Below are positions 49,268 through 61,218 of a DNA stretch of 64,000 bases, in pieces. Origin of the DNA: Nemertoderma westbladi (taxonomy: Eukaryota > Animalia > Xenacoelomorpha); NCBI GenBank assembly GCA_032718475.1, contig JAUCBJ010001712.1, positions 1 through 64,000 on the forward strand, written 5' to 3'. A program made the position numbers and the translations under genes. A model generated the notes under the pieces. It had not been told where the DNA came from, ran no database searches, and saw only the letters and a list, made by a program, of their open reading frames with translations. Positions within the stretch are counted from its first letter, which is position 1. The number at the start of each line of letters is the position of its first letter.

Positions 49268-49853
49268 TAGTTGCCAGTAGGGAGCCGTATACCATAGCCA
49301 TTATAAAGTTAAAAATAGATATTATGTCATAGTGATCTCGTTGGTAATATAAAAACTAATTAATCTAAAAATAGAAATCAATGTATAAAGTAAAAGTAAT
49401 ATAAACAATTAATTAATTTAAAATAAAGTACAAATGAATAAATAAAGTAAAATAAAGTACAAATAATTAATTAAAATTAAATATAAATAAATAGGTATTA
49501 ATGAATAAAAGAGCTGCGGTGTCACTTATGACACCCTCTTCCCCCTTCTCTGCGACAGTTGGACATCACTGATGACCCATTGTGTGTCAGGGCGCTAATC
49601 AGTCTGATTAATTAGGATAATCAATTAAACCCTAATTAGGAGTCATATGACACCTGTTAGGGTTTAATTATACTAATTAATTGATGACACCTGTCAATTA
49701 GGGTCTAATTAGCCTAATTGGGAGGTGTCACCCAGACAGTCTGGCGCCAATGACACCCAATGACACCCATAGGGTGATAATTGGGTGTCATATGACACCC
49801 AATGGGTGTCAGTTAGGTCCAACTGTCACAGAGAGGAGGAAGACCCTACTACT
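49268..49853 (-). repeat. Polinton right TIR
   Basis: Ends gaccctactact; reverse complement of the left TIR. Confidence 0.9.
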
Positions 49854-50789
49854 GGTGTGAGTTAAATGCTATTTCATAATCCCTACATGTGTCAGTTGCT
49901 ATCCTCCTTATATATGATCAAATTCAGTGACGGTCGGCAGATCAGTGTGAAGTCGTGTGAAGTAGTGTGACCGATAATAAAGCATCTCCTAAAGAATGCG
50001 CTATTTACGAAACTCAGTAGCCATCTAGTTGTGATTAGTATAAGTCATAACTCTGCTTTTATACTTAAAGCGCCACGTCCTAAAGGAACTGCTAATATTT
50101 CCCCGAAAGTAAATATATTTGTCAGAGATTATATAGTAACGATCAGTCGAATAATACAGTAGGTCTACACCGCAATAACTTCAAAGCATCCGAATCCAGT
50201 CTCCCGTAACCGTGGGTGAATGATCGCGCATAGACTGGCTTCGGCTAATGTAACTTTATGTGCACTAAATACTTGTTATAGGCTAAAGTCGATTTATGAA
50301 CAAGAGGACACCTAAAATTGGCAGGTTAAACTGCTAAAGGGCTGAAAGCGCGAACAGGGGCAGTACTGTTTGAGCACAGTGCTTTAAATGCTGTAGCCTC
50401 GCCCAACCCCGGCTTTCATCCTTCAGTGGTCGATTGGGAACCAAGGCAACTTGGGAAACAGAGTGGAAGGGTTTACTGTGGAAGATCACCCATGGTGGTG
50501 AACAGGCATTCATTGGCTTAACAAGCCTAAAAGATTCTCCCATTCAAATATTCAATTCGGTACTATACCTTCAATTCAATATTCAATCTTAGTATTATTA
50601 CTGTGCTTCGTTATTTAATAATGTGATTAGATAAAAAAATAAATTAATGAAATATAATTCATCTGTTAATTATTACAAAAAAAAATCCAACATTATATTA
50701 ACATTTATATAGTTTTGAATTAAATGTTTCGAAATCAACAGTCATTCAATGAACTTATACAGCAGTGTCATAATAGTATGTCATAATAG

Positions 50790-52654
50790 CATTAACTTCT
50801 ATCCCAGTAAATTATAGAACATTATAATCAAAACAATTATACACTTACACCTATTATGTTAATAGTATATTTAAAGTGGATAGATGATAGAAAGGCACAG
50901 TGAATTGATATATTTTTGGCGGTTGATTCAAATTACAGAATTATTATATTTCCATCACAAACTGTACACAGTAGTGCTGCATAATGTACGTGGGTACGTA
51001 CTAAAAGGTCAAGGGGCTAGAGCAGTAGACTTCATACTGTAAACTTCTTACTGTAGTAGTACTTACAGTACTTCTACTGTAATAACAGTTCAGTTTAGTT
51101 GTTCACGTGCTGCTCGAAGTCCCAGACTAGTGAACCAGTCAGCTTATTTTTCACGTGCTGCTCGAAGTCACAGACTAGTTAACCAGTCAGCTTAGTTGTT
51201 CACGTACTGCTCGAAGTCCCAGACTAGGAAACCAGCCAGTTTAGTTGCTCACGTGCGAACCACCCTTTCTAGTACAAATTACATGTCTTTCAATCATTTG
51301 AATTTCCCGTGCTATGGAGTAGGGTGGCACCTTTTAGGGACTTGTGGGTATGTGTTATGTCTCCATCAAGTAGTGGCGAGTAAGCAGCAGTAATGTATTG
51401 TGGAGGATGGTTAATATGTTGCAACAGAGTATGGTAAACAAAGGAGTTAGTCTCAGTGTGCCTATGGTAAGTATGTGGCTGTGTCGATGTACTCAATGAC
51501 TGAGTGGCTGGCAAGCAATGTCGTTGTAGGACAAGCTGTAGATTGCCTTGGAATTAAATTAAGTTATAACCGCGTTCAAGATTATTTCTACAAAAAATGA
51601 TATTATTATGAATAAATATGTTAGTCTGAATTCACCTGTAATCCAAACAAATAGTTATGTTCCGAGTGAAATTGGCGTGAGGTGCCTGGTCCTCTGTTCT
51701 AAATAACAAGGATTAATGTATATTAAGGTCGGGCCTGTCACTGTCCGTTAAATAAACGTTCAACTGCCTAAAGAGAGTTGTGATAAATTATTATTATAGT
51801 AAATAGGTAATAGAATGTACTTACAATATTTGGGGGGCTGTAACACAATGTTACAGGTTTATAACAATAAAACAATGGTAATATGTAGGATGTATGTACG
51901 ATAGGACAAATAAAATACTTGTTACTTAGTTACTTGAGTTACTGAAATAAAAAGGGTAATACAATTTTAATAATAACATCCGTAACACACCATACAAACG
52001 CTAACCAAGTTATTAAGTATATGATTGGTAATGAATGCAGCAATTTATTGGTAATTAGTCGCTTCACACGCAGTGATTGCCTTGTGTTTACTTCCGCAGG
52101 TAAAAGGCCTTACTCTCTCCTGGCTTCGCAAACGGGTGACCAATAATGTCAAAATTAAACCATAGCCACACAAGTAAACTCTCTGACTCAATCAACAATT
52201 CGAATGGAAATGCACCCGTAATTCTTGCACTCACGCAATGTTGCACAAACGGAATTCGCAAACTGTTGTTACAATACTAAACACGTCAAAGCAAACAATC
52301 AGTACCACTCCAAATGATATCGGGATTATCTATACTGTATTTTGTCAAGTAACGCCCTCCCAGTTCAGCATGCATTAGGCTACGCGTCCGTGTCGATGGC
52401 TTATGGATTACAACTCCCTCGGGTAACATAAGACTTACTTTCCTACACGTTCGGAGGATTTACATGTCAGGGACAATGCAGTGTTTCAAATCCTTCAACA
52501 ATTCGTCGATAAAGCATTCAGTTCTCAATATCAAGCAGAATAAAAACATATACGAATAACACAGCACTAGTTCTACATGCATTTGAAGCAGTTTTTTTTT
52601 ACATGGGTCAGGTCAAGATCAGGTCAGGTATTCTAGGTCATTGATCAAGAAAAC
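50790..52654 (-). repeat. Right arm of the long inverted repeat, uninterrupted
   Basis: Reverse complement of the left arm; contains the empty sites for the CRE and RTE-X insertions. Confidence 0.92.
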
Positions 52655-54164
52655 TTGCCACCTCCATGCAGCATAAAGGAGGTGCCACCTGTAGCTGCAT
52701 AGACCCTTTTACTAGGTTAAATCTCGTCCTATAACTAGGGCCCCTTTGTTCTGGGATAAGGACGCTCTTGGTCCTGGATAAAGGACCCATATACTTGGCT
52801 GCAGGGGTATATGGCCTGGCCAGGCAGATGGTGATCTACCAATGGCTGGATGCAAATAGAGTGTTCTCATGTCCACTCTGAGAGCATTTCACTGCGACCT
52901 GCACCTGGCAGCAAGGGTACAGGGCATGACCCAGCAGATGAGCTGCAACAGCCAATGGTGGGTCATGTGCGCCAGAGTAGATATGGGTGATGGGCCTCAT
53001 ATCTGACTCCATTGCGACACCCACCCTGTGGAATCGCAAACCATGGTGTGGTATTTGCCCCGAGAGCTGACTCGGCAATAAAGCACCCCCCAACCCCCAC
53101 TATGGATTACATTAGCAATGCGGAGGTCCGGCCACTAGAGGCCAGTGGAATTACCGGACACAATCGGCCTCACAGGCGTCAGTTAACTCTTGACCGGCTG
53201 CCTGTCTCACCCCCTACTGGAGAGAGAGCAGCCAACAATTCTTTGAGTCCCTTTCCTGATGACCTTTCTGGCCCAAACCCTGGGTCACCAGGGAGTCCAG
53301 ATTGTGAGGGGGAGAGGGATTCTGGAGTTGGAGGCTACTCTCATGTTCCACCCTGACCAACAAAGCCATTGGTGAATCTGAGGCAAGTCACTAGACTAGA
53401 CTCAGTAAACACCCTAACACTCGGGTCCCCAATGCGACAAGGTAGACTATTCCTTATGCTGTGCTGTCTGTGAACAATTATTGTACGTGCGACTTACTAG
53501 TAGGACATTATATGAGGCCTAGTATGGGGTAAGCGCACATTGCACGCGTGTTGCACAGGCAATGGCAGCATTGAGTTTGAACCGAGCCGATGTAAATTAA
53601 TCCTGCAGTATGCACTCACCAGATTGAAAACGGTGTGGTGTGATCTTGAATCTTGAAAATTCTCCAAACAATACATGCAATTATAGTAAGATTGTTGTGT
53701 CCTCTACGGTAGGGACTACCCTACAGCCTACAAATCTACTAATACGAAGCTATAGAATATCTCTATCCGTAAAGTCCAGTAGTATACCGCTTACCAGATC
53801 CTAGTAACGATGTATCTTACTGTAAGACTCTAGTAATGAAACGGGCTCGTACAGTATCTGACAACAAATCCCAGTCCAGGATATCTAAACAAACAGATAC
53901 AATACACAAACTACTACTGGCGAGGAGCAGAGCCTGGTGTCTATTCTAGGTACGTGGGCGGGTCTAATGCCTACGTACTAGACAAAAGGATACCTGTCCT
54001 CTAACCGGTATGGCAGATGTACAGTTACAGTAACAGACCAAACTCACGGGAAAACAATCCCCGCGCAGCGAATCCTAACTATCGCTGACAGTCCTAAATA
54101 CAGTAACTTGCCGCGGTGTGATTTATATGGTTTATATACGAGCTAGGTGGGTTACGGCCCTAGC

Positions 54165-54335
54165 ATAACAATACTGATCCCCCTGTCTCAATCAGCCTAA
54201 AAGAGGTCGTGCCTAAATGTAACGATAACTGATCTCCCTGCGCGAAACCAGTCTAAAAGGTCAGGCCTAAATGTAACAATAACTGATCCCCCTGTACGAA
54301 ATCAGTCTAAAGGGTCGAGCCTAAATGTAACAATA
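54165..54335. repeat. Three ~58-bp tandem repeats
   Basis: taac.ata.ctgatc.ccctg...tctaaa...cctaaatg repeated. Confidence 0.75.
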
Positions 54336-55488
54336 CTGCTGCGCAGAAAACAACAGTTTAATAACGAAAATGAAATGCTCCCTTTCATGCCGTAACTAAA
54401 TATCTGATCCTAATTTTACAAATACCGAAAGTACGATAAATATACTTCGCCTAAAGTGATCTAAAGTACGCTATAACTAGTAGGAACTCTAAGGGTAAAT
54501 ATGTTTTAGGGCGTGTGTGTGTGGGTGTGTTACAAAATAAAACAATTTTGGTGTATCCTTTCACTAGGTTTTAGTGATTCTCTTACCGAAATAATACCGT
54601 GCGCTAGCTACTAAAATAAACTAGTCGCGTTTTGTAGAACTTTATACTCACAAATGACGTCAAAGCTCTCTCCTTCCTATCCACAACTCAATGGGCAACC
54701 ACGGTGTTAGTAACTACACCCGTGATCGGCACAAATACCAGATTCTGGTTGTAAGATAAGAAATAGGGATTAATTGCTACCGTACGTTAGCTGATCTGGT
54801 ATACGAATTTGATTCTAGAACTTTGTTGCCGCGGTAGTTAGCAGCAATACCTATCAGTACGTGGCAAGGCATGGTAGGATATTAATAAAACCTCCCTAGG
54901 CCAAGCGGTGTGCCGGTAGCAGAAATACTCCTTGCCTGATCAAATAACAAACTTCAGGCAGGGGGGGGGGGGGGGTACTAATGTATGCTCTACAAAGCGA
55001 ACCGGTACCAAACGGTCAGTACTGCGAATCACTAAATTATGGAATATATGCTGTCTGTACCTAATATGTACTCGCGTACTGACGGACAGCAATAATTCGC
55101 TTCTTCCTACTTACCTGTGAGGTATACAGGTAACCCAGGGGTTCGCAGGACTGGCAAAGGGGGGGGGGGGGGGGGGGGGGGGGGTGGTTTCTGCCTAAAA
55201 TATAGTTATTTGATCCTAAATTTGCGGCGTCCCAGGACGACGTCACGCTTACCCTGATCTATAGGTCTTACGGCAGGCAAGGGCATCAAACAAAGTCTTA
55301 CCTTCCTCATAAAGCGGGCGCAGCATGGCATGTGGAGCATTTCGAAGGGCGAAGGGGGTGTGCGGTTCAAGTTAACGTGGGCGCTAGCGTGTTGTGGACA
55401 TCTTTTCCCTGCGTTGCTGACGGCCTAACGGTCTAGGCGGTCATCTTCCCGATGTTTGGCTGTCCCAAAGTTGGACCAAAGAAAAACA

Positions 55489-56049
55489 TGTTCAGGAATT
55501 TACAAATATATTTACAGTTTACGACTTTATCAAACAGAATTGCAAAGTTTCAACAAGAAACATAATAAACTGAAGTTAAGTTTGAGACAAGTGATACTAA
55601 TAGTGAAGAGTAGTAGTACTAACTAAGAATGGTGATAACCGAAGGCAAACCAGCCTTTTTATACTAAATCTGGGACATAGAATTCACTAGAACCTTCGAG
55701 AGTATTCGATGGCCTCACATTGGAGCAATAAGATATTCCATGCCTTATGATTGGCCTAACTCATCGTTCGATACGTTGTACGCTCCTCATTGGCTTACCA
55801 ATTTGTACCAAATGAAAATAAATGGCCCCAAAATGCAAATTTCCCGACCAAGATTTGAACTCGTAACCTATGTAATGCAACCAACGCCTTAACCATCTGA
55901 CCACTACACCACGAGAGTAACTGGGGGTTTTATGTATACAAATATGAATAGGCATATTACATTACTGTAACTTAATCAAAGTGCGTCGGATTTTCGAAAG
56001 TTTTTTACGTTATACTACAAATGCTATCCTATAGTGAAATAATTCATCA
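55489..56049 (-). repeat. Putative BEL-2 LTR (~560 bp)
   Basis: On the minus strand it starts TG directly after PPT-like tggagcgg (as in BEL-1), contains tataaaaagg and ends ...cctgaaca. The partner LTR lies outside the window. Confidence 0.6.
55841..55913 (-). ncRNA. tRNA-derived segment inside the putative LTR
   Basis: Minus strand: gtagtggtcagatggttaaggcg (A box) and gagttcaaatct (B box). Confidence 0.5.
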
Positions 56050-56581
56050 CCGCTCCATGAAAACAGTAAGTAAGACTGTTTTCTCCAATCGAAATACAAA
56101 ACTATTTACAAATACTTCTAAGTCTACTGGTAGGGCCTAAAATATAAAACAATCACTATCTAATTATTGCATACTTAATATTGCAGGTACAGCGTAACTA
56201 CAATCCATCATACATACAAATACAAATTTACAAATCAACTTTAGTGCATAAAATACAAAAAAGGCTTTCGGTTATCAAATAAACAAATTAAACAAATCAG
56301 AACAAAATAAATCAAAACGAATCGAACAAATAATTTCAACTCTTTCAATAAATCTTTATATTGTAAATATACATAATAAACTTCCACCAAATTAAATCAG
56401 TCCAAATATAAAATAAACATAAGGCGCTAAAATCCTTTAAATAAGTCTTAAAGTGTCCTCCTGACGATCTAAATAGTTCGTCCTGCTGGTCTGGATGTCT
56501 TCTCCTGAGCACTAATTGCTAACGGTAGGCTCGCAAGCCTTCCTTCTCTATCTCGCTCCTCCAAATCAACGTCCGATATAG

Positions 56582-56700
56582 ATACCCAAATATAATATCC
56601 AAACATAAAATATCCAATATAACTATCCAAATATAATATCCAAACATAAAATATCCAATATAAATATCCAAATATAATATCCGAATATAAATATCCAAAT
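56582..56700. repeat. AT-rich ~14-bp tandem repeat in the BEL-2 3' UTR
   Basis: (aaatataatatcc/aaacataaaatatcc)n lies between two copies of the 20-nt hairpin. Confidence 0.85.
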
Positions 56701-56736
56701 CAGTAGGCTCACAAGCCTTCCTTTCTGCTCGCTTTC

Positions 56737-59700
56737 CTATTCCTTGGCTGATCGGGCTCGTCCACGTCCTCTAGTGCGACTGGGTGGTGGTCGAGATCGA
56801 ACTGGACTCGGACTTCGGTGTCGAGTTGTCGGTGGTTCCAAAACGCTAGGAAAAGGGACGACGGGAGTCTCACACATCCGTCGTGCGCTCAGTCCTCTAA
56901 ATCGTCGTCCGATTCCAACTGTCGGCTTAACATCGGATCGAGTTTCTACAACGCTGGGAGGAAGTTGAAAGGGTAGGACCGTTCCGTCCGTTGACACCTC
57001 GCTCTCTGACATCGTTTGAATCCTAATGGGTTCCGGCAAAGCGTATCCTGTCCCTCCGCGTGGTTCTCTAGCGAGGGAAACCGTGCCCCGAGTCATCCGG
57101 ATTTGCGACTTCGATGTCGTTCTCTCGGCGACATTTACTACTTTCTTTATCTCTTGTCCGGCCTTTTGGGCTCTGAGTATACGAAGTTGCGGATCATCCT
57201 GTGGGTGACGTGTCTTTTCAGCTAACGGCGTGGCCTTGAAGCCAGTCTCACGCAAAACGTCGGTCTCGTCTAAAATGCACGAGGTTACGCGTTTGTGATA
57301 AAATGCGCTCCTGTATGCCCAAGCTATCGAATGCCAAGCTCCTCGATTCCGCTGTTCAACTCGCAATTTGTCGAATTCCCCGGCGGTAATCTTGTTCACC
57401 ACAGTTTGAAAGTTCCAAGTATTCTTGTTGTCGTGGTGTACCTGTAGAAAGTAGTCCCGCACAACTTTAAATCCGCTATCCAGTGGCAATATATCCAGCA
57501 CCTCCAGAAGTTCGTCGTACTGAGGCATAGCCGACACGTATCCTTCCTTCGACATTATGAGAGGGTTTACGGCCCAAAATTCCAAGTGGGCTCTCATAGG
57601 AAAACGGCGTCGCTGCGTTGATACATGCTCGTCTGCTAGATTCTCCCAATGGTCGAATAGCTGTCGAACGATTTTAACTGACATATGCTCATAGGGAACG
57701 TCCCTAAGTTGACATTCGGACGCCCTATGGCCTTTAATATTACAATATGTGCACTGCGCCACGAAACGCCAGCAAGTGTAGAAAGTGTGCGAACGCTGAT
57801 CCCCGCACCAGTTGCATACCAAGTCTGGTAGAGATATGTGTTTCGCTCCGCATTTCTTTGCGTGGTGGCCAGTTGCCCCGCATCTGCCACAAATAGTGTT
57901 GGCAGGGTACCAAACTCGCTCATAGATAAGATCTCCGATGGGGCGAGCGCTACCGTCCACGTGATAATTCTCATCATCCGGGTCAGTCGGTATGTTCGTC
58001 TCCGTGGATTGTACACAAACCATGGCATCGCTTTTCTCCAACTCGCGTATCTCAGTTCGCGTCTTCCTCGGAAGATTCTCCTCTATTTCTATGAGATGCC
58101 GCAACGGTTCGTCTATTAGCGCCAACTCGGTCGGATCCACATCGTCGTGATGGGCGGTAGGCTCGCGAGCCTTCCAGGATCCTTCCGGGCGTTCGAATTC
58201 CGCGTGGCATTCCCCGTCGTAGGGTACTATCGTTAACATCGAAGGTCTGTCGACTAGGCTTCCCGCGTGAGTGAGATAGACGTCCCTGAAAACGCTAAGT
58301 CCCGCTCGCGTGAAAACTTCGCAGTGCGCATCGGTGTTATAAAAGGGTTGGAGAAATCGTCAGAATACATCCGTATGCGTCCTTCCTCCATCGTAAAAGG
58401 TATGTCCTTCACCGAGACATAACGGGTGTCGCTTCAGAGTCCTAGACACAACATCGGCGATGAAGCAGACGTTGACCGAAGATTCTATCGCCAAGTAATA
58501 TTGTAAGATTATTCGCGGAGGTGAAGTAATCACCCAGTACACGCAACCTCGCCACTTTAACTGTGACTCGAACTCGTTTACGTCGGGAGTGTCTCCCTCT
58601 CCGTATACGTCCGTGTATTTGCTCCTCTTACTCTCCTTATAATCCCAACTGAACATTAGATGAGATATAACCCATCCCAGTTTTTAGCGTGTTATACTCC
58701 CTAAAGTATCCTTGCTCGATAGCCCAAAGTAACAATGGTCTAGTATCCACGTACGGCGTAGGCAATCGGTCCTCTTCCATGGGCATCCCTGCAAAGTCAC
58801 TAATAAGGTCATCCCGTACACCGGATCCGATCTTGACAATGCTTTTGTCTAACACAACGTCTCGCACGGCCTTTGGCAACATCCTAGCTTCTATGCTACA
58901 AGCCAGATCCATGGATTTAACTATCCGTTTTATCATCGCGTGTCTTTGCGTCGTTCCTTCCGGCATAGGCATCTTTCTATCGCTTCTTTGTCGGCTGAAA
59001 ACATGTAACACGCCATCTGGTGCTCTAATCTGTATAGTCTTCGAAGTGAGGCTTTGCTGGTGGCTTCCTCCTTCATTATCGTAAAACATGTAACCATTCT
59101 CCTTCACAGATCGGCTAGTCACGTCCCAATCGTCGAGTAAATCGTCGGTAGGGTTCCAAATTCTCCCAATCGACTTTTCATCATCGAAACTAATAGGTTT
59201 TCCGGTCCAATTGGTCGCGATGTCAGTATCGGTCTCGAATGTTCCGACTCCGATCCATAATCGAATCGTTCTCGTCAGATATCCTCGCAAGATACAAGGT
59301 GCGATATCCGTCCCCGCGTGATCCACTTCCTTAAAATCTGTAATATGTGGAGGCACATTGCGTACGATTTTCTGAACTATTGTTCTACGCAACTCGGCTG
59401 ACTCTAACACATCACCATAGGTAACCGATGGGAGGAAATCCAGGTTCGAAATGATCTCCGGGTGTTCAACTATAGGGATCTCGTAAGTTGTCTCCTTCCG
59501 GGTCGGTATACTAATAGGAAAACTAGTTGGTCTCGCAACCGGTACTATCGTTCCAGCAGAATGGGGTTGAGGTTCTCGCGTCATCTCGACATGAGGTATC
59601 TGTAGTCTTTGCGACAAACGCTGAGCAAAGGTGATACTATTGAAGAGCTCGGGTGTCATCTCCTTAGGTTCGGTTTGATCGTGGGATATCCAATAGAATG

Positions 59701-60514
59701 GTAGGCTCGCGAGCCTTCCACCGAACTCCTCGCCTTTCTCGTACGCCTTGTACGCCCTGTAGAGGCTCAAAGCTTCCCGTTTCTCTTGTGTCGACTTATT
59801 AGATTCGTCCACTACCATGCTGTAGACGTCTGGTTCGGCTAATTTAGGTTTGTTAATAACGATCTCACCCGCGTTCGGTCCACTCATTTTAAACGAATGA
59901 TACGGATTTGTCAAAGGGTATCCACCTTCTTGGTAACGTAGACTTTGGTGGTATGAGCATCGCGCTAATATCGGCTCCGGGTTCTCCGAGTTCAACCGCA
60001 TAGGAATCGCGTTGTCTTGCTCACGCATACACGCTCCACATTTATAAAACAGTTTGTATATGGAGAACGCGTCCTTGGTCTCTGGATCCGCTCCTCGAGT
60101 GCGTCTATAAAGATGCATTCCTTCAAATTCGTCCCTGGCTGCAGGTAAGGGTTCATTTACTGTCAAGTATTGCAGCATATGATATAATCGGCGTATTTCG
60201 GTGTCTGGATCCTCGCAAATGTCGCTAGCGTCGCATAACGCGTCGTAAGGATATAACGCATTGAACTCCGCGCGTAATTCCTCTGTTCTTTTGTTATATG
60301 CGTCCAATCGTTGTCGCGTAACATTCGGGTCCGCCTTGGATTTAGCGAGCTTGGCTGTACTCCTAGCCATACTCTCCACTCCAAACACACTAAAGTTTTT
60401 AGCTCCATAACGATTAAATGGCGCCTGGTGCTCGTGTTCCTGCGTAAACCCTTGACGTAACTCTTTATAAATCTTCTCCGCCATCATATACGCGTATATA
60501 TGGTTACATATCAT
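56737..60514 (-). pseudogene. BEL-2 accessory ORF3 (~1260 aa reconstructed): unnamed Cys/His domain + DEDDy 3'-5' exonuclease + three CCHC knuckles + Arg/Ser/Pro tail
   Basis: FYDNEG..TIQIRAPDGVLHVF, LPKAVRDVVLDKSIVKIGSGVRDD, YVDTR, QYYLAIE; CGRC..H..C, CNWC..H..C, CTYC..H..C. One frameshift (~58655) and one in-frame TGA (58360-58362) join the three ORFs. Confidence 0.78.
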
Positions 60515-61218
60515 TACGTTTCTACTAGATGAAGCACAAAATAGAGGTTAGATGTGAGGTGACTTAGAGTTTGTCGGCTTTTGGCTCAACTTTGCTCTAA
60601 ACCCCAACCCATTTGCCTAATGACTTCGGTTCGCGTGATTTCGCACTGGCTCCTAATCCAAAAAAATGTGCCGATAAAAAACGAATTCCGGGTAAACTAG
60701 CCGCGAGTTTAAAATACTCACCTTTTAATTTCCCAAACTACATTCCCCAAGAAATAATAGTGCAGTCGAGAATTAATTCGGTCTGAATAATTGTAGACAC
60801 GACTACGTAGAACAAGGCCGGTTTTCTTTTCCAAAAAAATTTATCGGTAGGCTCGCAAGCCTTCCATCCGCTCTTGTCCTCCCCAATTTTAATTTTATCT
60901 AGCTGTATTCTAGAATTCTCATTCACTGGAGAATCATTTTTCTTAAATTTAAATCCAACTAAATGGATTTGTCTAATAATTTTTGAAAAATTGTCTCACT
61001 TGTGGGTTCCAAGTGGAATTCCATTCCTACTGTACACACAATCCCGCTCCTATGTGATACATAAGGGTACTACCCTCCATGTTCACATATAAAGACAATG
61101 GAATTCCACCGCTGTCTCTATCTACAGTGAAGAGGATTACAAATGCACATAAAGTAATACAAATACTAAATTACTAAAATACGGTAGGTCTATGTGGCGG
61201 CCAACAAAGGTCCCACAT

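Larger units (their letters stand above)
43636..49853. mobile_element. Non-autonomous Polinton/Maverick derivative (6218 bp)
   Basis: Termini AGTAGT...ACTACT; 6-bp TSD GGTGTG at 43630-43635 and 49854-49859; single GGTGTG in the 5' LTR (empty site); ~430-490-bp TIRs; pPolB N-terminal GSGW motif inside. No integrase, polymerase core, ATPase or capsid ORF. Confidence 0.9.
26018..50356 (+). mobile_element. BEL/Pao LTR retrotransposon (BEL-1), internally deleted, with nested insertions
   Basis: TG...CA direct repeats; 5-bp TSD GGGGC at 26013-26017 and 50357-50361; PPT-like tgggagcgg before the 3' LTR; BEL gag and protease motifs. Confidence 0.93.
42981..50356 (+). repeat. BEL-1 3' LTR, split by the Polinton insertion
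   Basis: Direct repeat of 26018-27177 with roughly a dozen substitutions and one small indel by eye. Confidence 0.93.

Noticed and set aside
52660-53400. GC-richer segment with short ORFs, possible transposase or host exon remnant
   Set aside because: Stops occur in all frames examined and no motif could be identified.
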